Shown here piece by piece: positions 1 to 10,915 of a DNA stretch of 64,000 nucleotides. Source of the DNA: an uncultured Chthonomonadaceae bacterium (GTDB lineage Bacteria; Armatimonadota; Chthonomonadetes; Chthonomonadales; Chthonomonadaceae); NCBI GenBank assembly GCA_963835065.1, contig CAWIEK010000049.1:704001-768000 (forward strand), written 5' to 3'. Numbering within the stretch: position 1 is the first letter of the stretch; the number at the start of each line of letters is the position of its first letter. The translations under genes were made by a program, and so were the position numbers. The notes beneath the pieces were generated by a model, which ran no database searches, was not told where the DNA came from, and saw only the letters and a list, made by a program, of their open reading frames with translations.

Positions 1-588
1 CTGCATATTTCTACAGCCGGAACCGTCGCCTTGCTGCGCCGCGCCAAAGCGGACGGCATCAACGTTACCGGGGAAGCCTGCCCACACCATTGGACGCTGA
101 CGGACGAGGACGTGATGGGTTATAAAACCGACGCCAAAATGAACCCACCCCTGCGTACACCGGAAGACTGCGAGGCCGTGAAGCAGGGACTGGCGGACGG
201 AACCATTGACTGCATCGTCACCGATCACGCGCCTCACGCCGAATACGAAAAGGAAGTGGAATTCGACGCCGCGCCCTTCGGCATCTTGGGACTGGAAACC
301 TCCTTCCCGCTCGTTTATACGACACTGGTAAAACCGGGCATCCTGTCGCTGTCGGACGCCATCGCCAAAATGACCCATGTTCCCGCCCGCGTCCTGAAAA
401 TGCCCGCCGGTGTCGGCACACTGCAAACGGGCGCTCCTGCCGACATTGCCGTGTTCGATCTGGAAAAAGAATGGACGATAGACCGCAACAAGGTGCAGTC
501 GAAATCCAAAAACACGCCCTTTCACGGCAGGCAGGTGCAGGGCAAAGCCGCGTTTACGCTTGTCGGCGGGCGCATGATACGATTATAA
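1..588 (+). CDS. pyrC: Dihydroorotase, 5'-truncated by window edge
   Basis: Frame open from base 1 (LHISTAG...). Motifs EACPHH, KMNPPLR, TDHAPH, APFGILGLET, SKSKNTPF. Confidence 0.95.
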   Translation: MHISTAGTVALLRRAKADGINVTGEACPHHWTLTDEDVMGYKTDAKMNPPLRTPEDCEAVKQGLADGTIDCIVTDHAPHAEYEKEVEFDAAPFGILGLETSFPLVYTTLVKPGILSLSDAIAKMTHVPARVLKMPAGVGTLQTGAPADIAVFDLEKEWTIDRNKVQSKSKNTPFHGRQVQGKAAFTLVGGRMIRL

Positions 589-706
589 ACCGCGAAACAC
601 GCGAAGCACACGAAAAAGAATTCAAATAGAGTTGAACCACGGAGGGCACGGAGACGAACACAGGAGATATAACCACAGGGAACACGAGGAACACGGGGAT
701 ATGGGG
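585..706. repeat. Stack of three 'left arm' ~9-nt tandem-repeat modules (AACCGCGAAACACGCGAA.., AACCACGGAG.., AACCACAGGG..)
   Basis: Read directly. The first module overlaps the pyrC TAA and is a 33-bp inverted repeat (1 mismatch) of 1725-1757. Confidence 0.85.
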
Positions 707-711
707 GGAGG

Positions 712-1561
712 ATGAACAGGGATACGCGGGTAAAAGTGGCGCAGGAGACTTTGCAGATACTGGAGGCGGGGCAGTATACGGCTCCGTCCGAGCGCGTTGT
801 TGCTGTTGCCGATGCGCTTGCGAACGCTGTTGCGGGTACGCGCTTGTATCAACTCTCGGATTTTCCTGAGAACTTGACCGCAGATGTTCACCGAAATGCA
901 GAGGCAACTCGTATTTCGGTAACTGCGGAAAGCACTTTGGAAGCGGCGTGGCGATTGACGCGGGAAAACTCTGATGACGTTCCCTGTTGCTTGAATTTCG
1001 CGTCGGCTAAAAATCCCGGCGGCGGATTTTTGGGCGGCAGTCAGGCGCAGGAAGAAGCCCTTGCGCGTTCGAGTGGTTTGTATCCCTGCCTGACACAAAT
1101 GCAGGCATTTTACGACTTTCATCGCGGTCAACATTCGTGCCTGTACTCTGACTGCATGATTTACGCGCCCGGTGTGCCCGTATTTCGGGATGATGCGGGC
1201 AATCTGCTGGAAGAGTTTTATCTGGCCTCGTTCCTCTGTCTCTCCCGCTCCCAATGCCGGAGCGGTACGGCAGAACGAACCGGAAAACAGTGGCAAAATT
1301 GAGCCGACTTTGCGCGAACGTATGCGAAAACTGCTGTGGGTGGCTCACGCGCAGCGAAACAAGCGGCTCGTACTCGGCGCATGGGGCTGCGGCGTATTTC
1401 AGAATGACCCGCAAATGGTAGCGCGATTGTTTGCCGAAGTGCTTTGTCCCGGCGGCGAATTCGCAAATGCGTTTGCAGAAGTGGTTTTCGCCATCTACGA
1501 CCTCAGCGCCGAACAGTCCACGCTGAAAGCGTTTGAACAGCATCTATCAACAGATTCGTAA
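712..1561 (+). pseudogene. TIGR02452 / microbial-type PARG (macrodomain) protein, frameshifted near 1237
   Basis: LNFASAKNPGGGFLGGSQAQEE (GGG-x-QEE PARG signature) in ORF 712-1302. SPAPNAG...LVLGAWGCGVFQNDP in ORF 1172-1561. One extra base near 1237 separates them (true lesion or assembly error). Confidence 0.85.
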
Positions 1562-1600
1562 TACTGATAACTGTTCAGCCTCATCTCAAAAGATACAGGT

Positions 1601-1642
1601 CTCCCCTCTCCCATGCTTTTTGGAGAGGGGCAGGGGTGAAGG
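1601..1642. repeat. CTCCCCTCTCC..GGAGAGGGG-type REP-like hairpin
   Basis: ctcccctctcc-catgcttttt-ggagaggggcaggggtgaagg. Second copy at 33663-33712. Confidence 0.7.
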
Positions 1643-1724
1643 CATGAATTATTTTTGCCTTTGTATAGACTTGATAAGAGAAGCCGTGAAACAACGCAAC
1701 CAAATCTCCATTTTATTTTTGTCT

Positions 1725-1757
1725 TTTTTCGTGTGGTTCGCGTGTTTCGCGGTTTAT
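1725..1757. repeat. Right arm of the inverted repeat pairing with 585-617
   Basis: tttttcgtgtggttcgcgtgtttcgcggtttat is the reverse complement of ataaaccgcgaaacacgcgaa(g/c)cacacgaaaaa. Confidence 0.9.
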
Positions 1758-1783
1758 CATCGAAGTTCTTTCCGAGGTTTCTT

Positions 1784-3433
1784 ATGGCACAAGCGGCGAC
1801 AATCCTTTATAACGGCAATGTGCTGACCATGACGGGCGCAGAGGCCGCTTCGCAGGCGGTTGCGATTGGCCGTGACGGGCGTATTGTGGCGGTGGGAAGC
1901 AACGACGACATACGGCATCTGGCAGGCGCGGGTACGCGGCAGATTGACTTGCGCGGGCGCACGCTTTTGCCCGGATTTTTCGATTGCCACCTACATATAT
2001 TGTGGCTTGGCATCAATTTAGGCCATGTCAATCTCGCGTCGCCGCCCGTGAAGGACAAGCAGGACATTATTCGGCTGTTGCGGGAACGTCTGGACGCGCA
2101 GCCGGAATTGACCTGCGTACAGGGCAACCGCTACGACCAGAACAAACTCTCGCCGCCCGAACATCTGACGCGGCATGATCTGGATTTGGTGTCCACGACC
2201 CTGCCCGTTCGCATCGTGCATACGTCGGGCCATGCGGCAGTCGTCAACAGCCGCGCTTTGCAAATGCTCGGTATTATGCCTGACACGCCCGACCCTGTTG
2301 GCGGCGAAATCGTCCGGGACGCGCAGGGTGAGCCAACCGGCGTTCTGCTGGAAACCGCAAGTTGGAACGATCTGGAGCGTATTCTGCCCCACGTGACGCC
2401 CGAAGAACAGATTGCCGCGCTTGGACGCGCCAACCGGTATCTTTTGGAACGGGGCATCACCAGCGCGACAGACGCCAATCTCGCGCAAAACGACATTGCC
2501 ATGTTTGCCCGCGCCGTTGCGGATAAGGCGCTGCAAGTGCGGGCGAACGGCATGGTAGGCTGGGCGGAGATTATGAAGCATGTCGGCGAGGGCGCAATCC
2601 CCACGCCGGACGATTTGCAGTCGCGCTGGCAGGGCGTGACATGGCATCAGTTCCACGTCGGGCAGGCGAAACTGTTCAGCGACGGCGCGATTACCACCCG
2701 CACCTGCTGGCTGACCAGTCCGTTCGAGGGCATGGCCGGTCAGCCCAACGATTGCGGCATCCCCCTGCACCCGCCGGACGAACTGCGCGAGTACATCCGC
2801 AAAGCGCACAACGCAGGCTGGCAAATCGCTACCCATGCCATCGGCGACCGAGCGATTGATCTGGTTTTGTCCGCGTATGCCGACGCGCAGCGCGAAAACA
2901 CCCGCTTCCGTCCCGGCCATCGTATCGAACACTGTATGTTGCTCAATCCCGACTTGATTGCCCGCTTGCGTCGCCAGAACGTATGGAGCATCGGGCAGCC
3001 GGAGTTTCTATCGCAATTGGGCGATGCGTATGTCATGGCGTTGGGCGAAGAACGCGCCAACCGCCTGTCGCCCTACGCCACCTTAGACCGTCACAATGTC
3101 GCGCAGGCGTTCAGTTCCGATTGCCCTGTCGTGCCGGGCGCGCCTTTGGACGGCCTGCGGGCGGCTATCGAACGGAAAACGCCGTCCGGCCATGTTCTCG
3201 ATGCCCGCGAAATTCTTGCGCCCGACATTGCCCTGTACAACTACACCGCCGCGCCCGCGTACGCCACGCACACGGATCGGGACCGGGGCAGTCTGGAAAC
3301 CGGCAAATGGGCGGACTTCGTTCTTCTTTCCGCCGATCCCACGCAAACTCCCCTTGCTGAATGGGAACATGTAAAAGTAGAAGCCACATGGGTTGGCGGC
3401 GAATGTCTGTACGGCGAGGACGTTTTGGCGTAA
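1784..3433 (+). CDS. Amidohydrolase_3 (YtcJ-like) metal-dependent hydrolase
   Basis: IDLRGRTLLPGFFDCHLH, KLFSDG, HAIGDRA, RIEHC, SSDCPV, GSLETGKWADFV. Start at ATG 1784 after GAGG. Confidence 0.9.
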   Translation: MAQAATILYNGNVLTMTGAEAASQAVAIGRDGRIVAVGSNDDIRHLAGAGTRQIDLRGRTLLPGFFDCHLHILWLGINLGHVNLASPPVKDKQDIIRLLRERLDAQPELTCVQGNRYDQNKLSPPEHLTRHDLDLVSTTLPVRIVHTSGHAAVVNSRALQMLGIMPDTPDPVGGEIVRDAQGEPTGVLLETASWNDLERILPHVTPEEQIAALGRANRYLLERGITSATDANLAQNDIAMFARAVADKALQVRANGMVGWAEIMKHVGEGAIPTPDDLQSRWQGVTWHQFHVGQAKLFSDGAITTRTCWLTSPFEGMAGQPNDCGIPLHPPDELREYIRKAHNAGWQIATHAIGDRAIDLVLSAYADAQRENTRFRPGHRIEHCMLLNPDLIARLRRQNVWSIGQPEFLSQLGDAYVMALGEERANRLSPYATLDRHNVAQAFSSDCPVVPGAPLDGLRAAIERKTPSGHVLDAREILAPDIALYNYTAAPAYATHTDRDRGSLETGKWADFVLLSADPTQTPLAEWEHVKVEATWVGGECLYGEDVLA

Positions 3434-3477
3434 TAAGCAGTTGATAGTTCTCTTAGTTCCAATTCGTTCAAACAAGA

Positions 3478-3585
3478 CCGTAGGGACACAACATGTTGTG
3501 TCCTCCCGCGTCGTTTAAAAGCAATGGCAATGGAGAGCGCGGACACGGTACCGAAGCGCGGACACAACATATTGTGTCCCTACGG
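3478..3585. repeat. GTAG-type REP doublet (REPIN-like)
   Basis: ccGTAGggacacaacatgttgtgtcc ... ggacacaacatattgtgtccCTACgg: two inverted palindromic units with GTAG/CTAC ends. Confidence 0.8.
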
Positions 3586-3716
3586 CCTTGTTTTTGTGGT
3601 GAAAGACGCTTTAAATAGAGCGGCATTGCCCTTAGTTCATGAATTGGCGTCAACAGGACGCTTGACCGCAGGCCATGAAACCGGCTTTTTATAAGCCGAC
3701 ACAAGCAGGAGCCGAA

Positions 3717-4919
3717 TTGAAAGCATTCCTTGTACTGGAAGACGGAACCGTGTTTGAAGGCGAGTCGCTCGGCGCGTCCGGGAGGACGACCGGCGAAGTG
3801 GTCTTCAATACCGGCATGACCGGCTATCAGGAAATTTTAACCGATCCCTCCTATGCGGGGCAGATCGTCACCCTGACCTATCCGCTGATTGGCAACTACG
3901 GCATCAATCCCGATGATTTCGAGTCGCGCCGCATACAGGTGGAGGGGTTTGTCGTCCGCGAGTGCGAAGACGTGCCGAGCAACTGGCGTTCCGCGCAGAA
4001 CCTGGACGCTTATTTGAAGTCCAAAAACATTGTCGCCATCAAAAACGTGGATACCCGCGCCCTCACGCGCGCCCTGCGCGTCAGGGGCGTGATGATGGGC
4101 ACGATTACAACCGAGGAAAACGTGGAACAAGCGCGGGCGCGTTTGCAGTCTGCTCAACGGTATGCGAGCGTTGACCTCAACCGGCAGGTGACGACGGAAC
4201 AGCCGTACCGCTGGCTTGCGCACGGATTACAGCCCATTCCTCTCCAAACAACCGCGCAATCCGCCGATGATATTGCCGGAACCCAGCCGTCGGAACCCCG
4301 TTTTCGGATCGCCCTGCTGGACTGCGGCGTGAAGTATAACATTGTGCGCAGCCTGGCTAACCTGGGATGTGAGACAACCGTATACCCATGTACAGCGACT
4401 TCGACGGAACTCCTGCGTGAAAACCCCGACGGGATTATGTTGTCTCCTGGTCCAGGCGATCCTGCGCAATTAGGCTATGTGGTCGAAACCGTACGCGAAC
4501 TGGTCGGCAAAAAGCCCATCATGGGCGTTTGTCTGGGCAACCAGATTTTGGGACACGTCTTCGGCAGTCGGACTTTCAAGCTGAAGTTTGGACACCGGGG
4601 CAGCAATCATCCGGTGAAAGACCTGCGCACCGGCAAAGTGTACATCACGTCCCAAAATCATGGCTACGCTGTTGACCCGGATAAATTGCAAAACGGAATG
4701 GAAGTGGCGCACGTCAATCTTAATGACGGCACGGTCGAAGGACTGCGGCACAGGGAATTGCCCATTTTCTCCATTCAGTACCACCCGGAAGCGTCACCCG
4801 GCCCAACCGATAGCGCGTATTTCTTTCGCGAGTTTGTCGACGTCCTGACAAAGATCAGGGGAGCGGACAATGAGAGCGGTGCGAGTACCACACAACACAA
4901 CAGAAAGGATACGCCTTAG
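3717..4919 (+). CDS. carA: Carbamoyl-phosphate synthase small subunit
   Basis: GEVVFNTGMTGYQEILTDPSY, GVCLGNQ, KFGHRGSNHPV, QYHPEASPGP. TTG start after AGGAG (ORF track starts at 3675). Confidence 0.97.
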   Translation: MKAFLVLEDGTVFEGESLGASGRTTGEVVFNTGMTGYQEILTDPSYAGQIVTLTYPLIGNYGINPDDFESRRIQVEGFVVRECEDVPSNWRSAQNLDAYLKSKNIVAIKNVDTRALTRALRVRGVMMGTITTEENVEQARARLQSAQRYASVDLNRQVTTEQPYRWLAHGLQPIPLQTTAQSADDIAGTQPSEPRFRIALLDCGVKYNIVRSLANLGCETTVYPCTATSTELLRENPDGIMLSPGPGDPAQLGYVVETVRELVGKKPIMGVCLGNQILGHVFGSRTFKLKFGHRGSNHPVKDLRTGKVYITSQNHGYAVDPDKLQNGMEVAHVNLNDGTVEGLRHRELPIFSIQYHPEASPGPTDSAYFFREFVDVLTKIRGADNESGASTTQHNRKDTP

Positions 4920-5646
4920 AACGCATCCTGACAATAACATAATCCATTCGCGGAGCCAGCAAATTCGGCAGGCATTCTTACTGCTGCTGCTGACGATTAC
5001 CGTGTTCTTTGCCGCCGCGTTTACGCACAATTTCATTCCATCGCAGTCTATGGAACCCAATTTGCGTCCCGGCGACCATATTCTTACAATGCGCGAGTGG
5101 CTGGCCTATCCCTTCGGGGCCATGCCGTCACGAGGCGACATCATTGTTTTCCGCATGCCGAACTCGCCTCATGCCAATGACTCGGCGCTTCCGCCCAACA
5201 GCGTGGTAGATGCCGCCACGCGCAGAAACACCATGAAATCGTCAGGCGCGGAGGACGAAGCCGATGAATCGGATGAATCGGATCAGACGCCTGCCGTAAA
5301 CAGCAAACCGGAGATTCTCATCAAGCGGGTTGTCGGACTGCCTGGCGACCTGGTTCAACTGAAAGACAACGCGCTGTATGTAAACGGGCAGTTGGTTCAG
5401 GAAAACTACCGTATTGTTCCGATTGACGCCAGCGAGGGATACGAATTTCCCTACGCGGTTTATAAACCCCTGCGCGTTCCGCCCGGTCAATTGTTTGTCT
5501 TGGGCGACAACCGCAGCAACAGCGATGACGGGCGTTTTTGGGGTACGCTGCCGCGCCAGAATGTCATGGGCAAGATGGTGCGCGTGTTGTACCATGAAAG
5601 CAAGTACGACGTGACGGAATCGGTTTATCCGACACGGCGAAAATAA
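4870..5646 (+). CDS. lepB: Signal peptidase I
   Basis: IPSQSMEPNL, IKRVVGLPGD, FVLGDNRSNSDDGRFWG. Start uncertain. Confidence 0.92.
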   Translation: MRAVRVPHNTTERIRLRTHPDNNIIHSRSQQIRQAFLLLLLTITVFFAAAFTHNFIPSQSMEPNLRPGDHILTMREWLAYPFGAMPSRGDIIVFRMPNSPHANDSALPPNSVVDAATRRNTMKSSGAEDEADESDESDQTPAVNSKPEILIKRVVGLPGDLVQLKDNALYVNGQLVQENYRIVPIDASEGYEFPYAVYKPLRVPPGQLFVLGDNRSNSDDGRFWGTLPRQNVMGKMVRVLYHESKYDVTESVYPTRRK

Positions 5647-5662
5647 TCTGTGAGAATAATCT

Positions 5663-7636
5663 ATGTCTGTTTCACAACGCCGGCGGCTAACCAGTATCGT
5701 TTGTATTGTTGTACTGGTCGGTTTGCTGGCGTTGCTGCGCGTCCTCTGGCTTGACAGCGATGCGTATACCGGCCTGACGTGGAACAGTGAACTGGTGACG
5801 GACGAAGCCTTTTATTGCCACGACGCGCGTAATCTCCTGTTGACGGGCAGTGTCCATGTGACCGGCGATAATTTTCACAATTCGTTGATTACGCCCCTGC
5901 TGCACCTGATACAAGTCGGCGTGTTCCGCGTTTTCGGTTTCAGCCTTGTCACATCCCGCTGGATTTCGGTATGTTTCAGTTTTGCGACACTGGCGCTGTT
6001 CTACGCTTCATGCCGCCGCGCATTCGGTAGTCGGGTGGCGATTATCGCGCTGCTGCTGCTAGGCTTCGACCATATCAACCTGCTGTACAATCGCATGGCG
6101 CTGATGGACACGCCCGCGCAGTTCTTCCTTGTTGCCTGCTTTTACACATTCGTTCGCGCCTTTCCCGCCGCGCCCAATGTTAATGAGACAGTCAGCGCAG
6201 CAGATGATGCCTCTTATCGTGCTAACCGCACAGGTTGGATGATTTTATGTGGATTGCTGCTAATGGCGGCGTATGCCATTCGCGGCCTGAGCGCATTGGT
6301 TCTGCCGCCGCTGTTATTCCTGTGCTGGCCGAAGCGACAGGGCGCAATTACGGGCGAGGGCGCGATAGATGGCTCGGCAGAGGGCGCAATAAATTGCGCC
6401 CCTACGAACGTTTATTTGAAGTGGTTGCCACTTGCCGGGCTGATGTTGGGGCTTGGTATCGGGCTGGTTGTGTACATCTGTACGTGGTATCTGCCCAATT
6501 ATGCCGCCCTGAAAACCGTGAACCACTTTTATGTCGGGCAGCAGTTGATGCCCCACAGCCTGACCGAAATTCGCCATAACATCGGGCACTCGTTGTTCGG
6601 CAATGAACGGGGTTTTTCCGCGTATCTGTTTCGCCATTCTCCCGCGCAATGGACGCTTGCTCTGGCCTGGCTGCTGGCGTGGCCGGAATTGCGCCTGCGC
6701 CTGAAAGCCTCAAACGATCCATCCGCAGGAAATCACGCGCAGGCGATTCGCTTTTTGATGCTGTGGGTGGGTATTATGCTAACAACATTTGCCCTGGTGC
6801 GCTATTCGCCGCCCCGTTATTACGTGCTGTTTTACCCGGCTATGGCGGCAATCGCGGCGTTGGCGTTTACGCATGTCGGGGAGGCAGCGGCAATCCTCGC
6901 AGCGTCACGTATACGGCGTACCCTGTTGGGAACGTTTGTAGTTTACCATCTGGCAGAAGCCGTTTTGCGGCATCGTAATATCGGCGCGGAGGCGCTGCTG
7001 TATGGCCTGACAATTGCAGCCGGTTTCATGTTATGGCGCAATCATGCCAATCCATTCGCAAGCCTGCCGACACAGCCGATTGAAGAGCCATTACCACAGC
7101 AGCCGATAACCGGCAGCCTAAATATACAGACAGTTCTCCCATCTACGAGACAATTGGCCGCAGGCGTAACTAACAGGCCAAGAGATTTAGATGGTATATG
7201 CCGGATATTACAAGCCAAAAACGTGAGTCTTCCCAGCTTCCCTTAGCGATTATTCTGATGTGGGCGGCAGTCAACGGGGGCTGGCTGCTGGATTGGGCAG
7301 GGCATATTCGGCATACGCAGCGCGACTGCGACCAATGGCTGCAACAGCACCTGCCCGCAAACGCTGTACTGATTGGGGATGCCGCGCCTGGCCTGACCCT
7401 GCGCAGCCATATCACAGCCGTTCCCGTTATACCCGGCCTGTGTAACGACAACAAGCCTTTGGAAGCCTTTGACAAATCGTCCGTGTTACATCATTGTGTT
7501 TGAAAGTCCCTACCCGCTGGGCTGGTGGTCAAAACGCTACCCGCAATGGATAACGCCGCAGCATTGCCTGCATCATTTCGTTCTGTTCGGCAAATTTCGC
7601 CTTGCGCTGTACGAGGCGCAGCCGCCGCAGCGATAA
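5663..7636 (+). pseudogene. ArnT/PMT-family (GT-C) membrane glycosyltransferase, two apparent frameshifts (7174-7246 and ~7485)
   Basis: Multi-TM protein with TDEAFY and PPRYYV. Continues in ORF 7198-7503 and in a third frame (YIIVFESPYPLGWW...) ending at TAA 7636. Confidence 0.7.
6339..6405. repeat. GTAG-type REP (plus degenerate half-copies) inside the glycosyltransferase CDS
   Basis: agggcgcaataaattgcgcccCTAC at 6381-6405, preceded by two agggcgc(a/g)at half-units. Read in-frame as GAITGEGAIDGSAEGAINCAPT. Confidence 0.75.
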
Positions 7637-7654
7637 GGAGTTTGTTTCGAGTCT

Positions 7655-9394
7655 ATGCCACGAGATACGACAATAAAGAAAGTCATGGTAATCGGCTCCG
7701 GCCCCATCATCATCGGGCAGGCGGCGGAGTTCGATTACGCGGGAACGCAGGCGTGCCGCGCCCTGCGCGAAGAGGGCGTGTCCGTCGTCCTTATCAATTC
7801 CAACCCCGCCACCATTATGACGGATGTTGAGATTGCCGACCGGGTGTACATCGAGCCGCTCAATGTCGAGTTCGCCACCCGCGTCATTGAGCGCGAACGT
7901 CCCGACGGCTTATTGCCCACGCTTGGCGGGCAAACCGGCCTGAACCTCGCTACCCTGCTCGCCGAAGCGGGCGCGTTGGAAAAGTACAACGTGCGGCTGT
8001 TGGGAACGCCCCTCGCTTCCATTCGCAAAGCCGAAGACCGCGAGGAGTTCCGCGACCTGATGCGCGAACTGGGCGAACCCGTTCCTGAATCGTGGATTGT
8101 CACCGACGAGTCGCACTTGGAAGCGCCCCTGCAATCCGGCATCTGGCCTTTGATCGTCCGTCCCGCGTACACTTTGGGCGGCACGGGCGGCGGCATTGCG
8201 CACAACGAAGCCCAACTGCGCGAAATTACCCGGCGCGGACTCGCCCTGTCCATGCGGCATCAGGTGATGGTGGAGCGCTACCTTGCCGGCTGGAAAGAAG
8301 TTGAGTACGAGGTCATGCGCGACGCCAACGATACCGCCATTACCGTGTGCAACATGGAAAACTTTGACCCGATGGGCGTCCATACGGGCGACAGTATTGT
8401 TGTCGCGCCCTCGCAAACGCTTTCGGATAAAGAATACCAGATGCTGCGAACGGCGTCCCTGAAAATCATTCGCGCCCTGGGCATCGAAGGCGGCTGCAAC
8501 GTGCAGTTATCCCTCGATCCCCATTCCTTCCGCTATTACATCATTGAAGTAAACCCCCGCGTATCGCGCTCGTCCGCGCTGGCTTCCAAAGCGACCGGGT
8601 ATCCTATTGCCCGCGTTGCCGCCAAAATCGCCGTCGGCCTGCGTCTGGACGAAATCGAAAACGCCGTCACCAAGAAAACGCTGGCCTGCTTTGAACCCGC
8701 GCTGGATTACTGCGTCGTGAAAATCCCGCGTTGGCCGTTCGACAAATTTACGTTTGCGGATCGGCAAATCAACACGCAGATGAAGGCGACAGGCGAAGTA
8801 ATGGCGATTGACCGCGCGTTCGAGCCTGCCCTGATGAAAGCCATACGTTCGCTGGAAATCGGCATTTACGGCCTGTCCAACAAAACCGCGCATCAGTTTA
8901 GCGACATGCAGTTGGAAGAAGCGATCCGCGTTCCCAACGACGAACGGCTGTGGGCGATCACGGAAGCCCTGCGCCGGGGCATGATGATCGAAGAAATTCA
9001 CGCTCTGAGCAACATAGACCCCTGGTTCCTCCGAAAATTAAATGGCCTCGTGCGCCTGGAACAACGTCTAAAAGAACAGTGCAAAGCGTTGGCCGCGCTT
9101 GTTGAGGAAGCAGGACAGGGAACAGGGAACAGGGAACAGGGAACAGGTGGAGAGGAATCTTCAACTATCAACTATCAACTATCAACTATCAACTTACTCC
9201 GCGAAGCGAAACGCGCCGGCTTTGCCGACCGTATCCTTGCCGAGATCGCTGATGTCCCGGAAATGAAACTGCGCGCGGCGCGGAAGCGTCTTGGCATTGT
9301 GCCGACGTATAAGATGGTAGATACCTGCGCGGCGGAATTCGAGGCCGCCACGCCCTACTTCTACTCATGTTACGACACGGAAGACGAACATTGA
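7655..9394 (+). CDS. carB: Carbamoyl-phosphate synthase large subunit, N-terminal half
   Basis: [15 protein letters not shown]...[22 protein letters not shown]...[20 protein letters not shown]. Stops at the inter-half linker. Confidence 0.95.
   Translation: MPRDTTIKKVMVIGSGPIIIGQAAEFDYAGTQACRALREEGVSVVLINSNPATIMTDVEIADRVYIEPLNVEFATRVIERERPDGLLPTLGGQTGLNLATLLAEAGALEKYNVRLLGTPLASIRKAEDREEFRDLMRELGEPVPESWIVTDESHLEAPLQSGIWPLIVRPAYTLGGTGGGIAHNEAQLREITRRGLALSMRHQVMVERYLAGWKEVEYEVMRDANDTAITVCNMENFDPMGVHTGDSIVVAPSQTLSDKEYQMLRTASLKIIRALGIEGGCNVQLSLDPHSFRYYIIEVNPRVSRSSALASKATGYPIARVAAKIAVGLRLDEIENAVTKKTLACFEPALDYCVVKIPRWPFDKFTFADRQINTQMKATGEVMAIDRAFEPALMKAIRSLEIGIYGLSNKTAHQFSDMQLEEAIRVPNDERLWAITEALRRGMMIEEIHALSNIDPWFLRKLNGLVRLEQRLKEQCKALAALVEEAGQGTGNREQGTGGEESSTINYQLSTINLLREAKRAGFADRILAEIADVPEMKLRAARKRLGIVPTYKMVDTCAAEFEAATPYFYSCYDTEDEH
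9111..9194. repeat. In-frame heptamer insert in carB: (GGGAACA)x4 + (TCAACTA)x4
   Basis: Translates as [27 protein letters not shown] just before [10 protein letters not shown]. Confidence 0.9.
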
Positions 9395-9395
9395 T

Positions 9396-9667
9396 TTTAC
9401 CACAGAGGCACAGAGACACAGAGGGGTCACAGAGAAGAACAGGAGAGGAGGAGAGGGAACCGCGAAATACACGAAATAAACGAAACAGAACCAAAAGTAA
9501 AAGAGTAAAGCCGTGAGAGAACCTTGTGAAGATTGGCTCTTCTTTGCCCCCTTTGCCTCTTTGCGGTTATTTTCGCTTTCTTTTTTCGTTTTGGTTTGTA
9601 TATTTCGCGGTTCTTCCCCCTGGAATTTTTCTGTAATTCCTCTGTGTCTCTGTGCGTCTGTGGTGAG
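9396..9667. repeat. Nested inverted-repeat element immediately after the carB N-half stop
   Basis: accacagaggcacagagacacagagg pairs with cctctgtgtctctgtgcgtctgtggt. Inner gaaccgcgaaatacacgaaa pairs with tttgtatatttcgcggttc. One unpaired tttgccccctttgcctctttgcggtt arm. Confidence 0.9.
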
Positions 9668-9685
9668 AAATTCCAAAGGTTATAC

Positions 9686-10762
9686 ATGCGTATTGCTCTT
9701 GACGAAATAGACCCGCATATCGCCGCGTTGTATGCGGACAAGGCTCCCGCGCAGCCCGCGAACGCGACGCCGCGACGCCCTCAGCGCCCGCGTTTGTCAC
9801 GCCGCAGGCACATGGCGCTCGTTGCGTCCCTCGTCGCGCCACCTATACTCGGCGCGCAATTTGCTACCTTTGTAGAAAGACAACTTTCCTATAGTATACA
9901 TGGGTTGTTCTGGATTGTATGGTTTGGAACCTGGGCAATAGGTACAAGCCTGGGATGCCGCGTGACGCTGAAGGGGCGGCTTGCTTCGCGTCGTTCTGCC
10001 GCTTTAACGTATATCAACGCGCTTGTTGCGCCCACACTGGGTTTTGCTGCTGCCATAACCTTTGCCGGAGCCGTTACCGGCTTCTCCTTTTTCGCTTTCT
10101 GTATGGTATGGCTGGCAGTTTCCTTGCCTGCCGCACTAGTGGGAAACCACATCGCTTTGAACACCGCGCCTCAAAGAGAAAGCATTACCACCTTGCAAGC
10201 GGAAAACCTGCGGGACGTTTTCGGTTCTTTATCCCTGACACGAACGGAGCGCGTGTACTGCGACGTACTACAGTTCCTTTCTCGCGCACAGCCCAATGTC
10301 GAAACCGAACAGACAATGCGCGAAACGCTGCGCCAACTCAATGACTTGATGCAAAGCAGCCGACAATTGGAAGAGCAGCGTCTGAGTCTGCTGCCCCTGC
10401 TCGGAGCCAATGTCGTACCCGAATTGCGAGCCGAATACGACCGTCTAAAACAACGGTTGGACGCGGCCAACGACCAGATTACCCGCGCCTCCCTGGAGCA
10501 AAGCCGCCGCATGGTGCTGTCGCGCATTGACGACGCGCACAGCCTGCAAACCGGCCTGGAACGCCTGAACACGCAGCAGGAAGCAATTGCGCAAACCCTG
10601 TCGTCTACGCTGTCCGCGCTTGGACGTATGCAGTTGACTGCCGACGCGCGCCCCGAATTTGCCATGAACGACATCGCGGAAACCGTAACACAGATGAACC
10701 AGCAGACTATTGCCGTAGAAAGCGCCGTAGAAGAAGTTTTAACCTTGCGAGCCTTTAATTAA
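9686..10762 (+). CDS. Hypothetical membrane protein with C-terminal coiled coil (paralogue of 10916-11866)
   Basis: Starts MRIALDEIDPHIAA. About four hydrophobic segments, then a helical Q/E/R-rich domain alignable by eye to the next gene. Confidence 0.8.
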   Translation: MRIALDEIDPHIAALYADKAPAQPANATPRRPQRPRLSRRRHMALVASLVAPPILGAQFATFVERQLSYSIHGLFWIVWFGTWAIGTSLGCRVTLKGRLASRRSAALTYINALVAPTLGFAAAITFAGAVTGFSFFAFCMVWLAVSLPAALVGNHIALNTAPQRESITTLQAENLRDVFGSLSLTRTERVYCDVLQFLSRAQPNVETEQTMRETLRQLNDLMQSSRQLEEQRLSLLPLLGANVVPELRAEYDRLKQRLDAANDQITRASLEQSRRMVLSRIDDAHSLQTGLERLNTQQEAIAQTLSSTLSALGRMQLTADARPEFAMNDIAETVTQMNQQTIAVESAVEEVLTLRAFN

Positions 10763-10915
10763 AACGAGGTTCAAGCGTGATTAAGCCATAATTAGGTGGT
10801 GGCTTTTGCCGTAAACTGCCCCTCGATTCGCGTATGGAATGTAAACAGCGACACTGTACCGCTCAATCAATAAAGTTTACTGTCCCTGGATAACGTTTAC
10901 CGGAAGGCAACCCTG

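Noticed and set aside
1225..1250. Programmed ribosomal frameshift in the TIGR02452 gene
   Set aside because: No slippery heptamer or stimulatory structure seen. Similar indels in several other genes point to error or decay.
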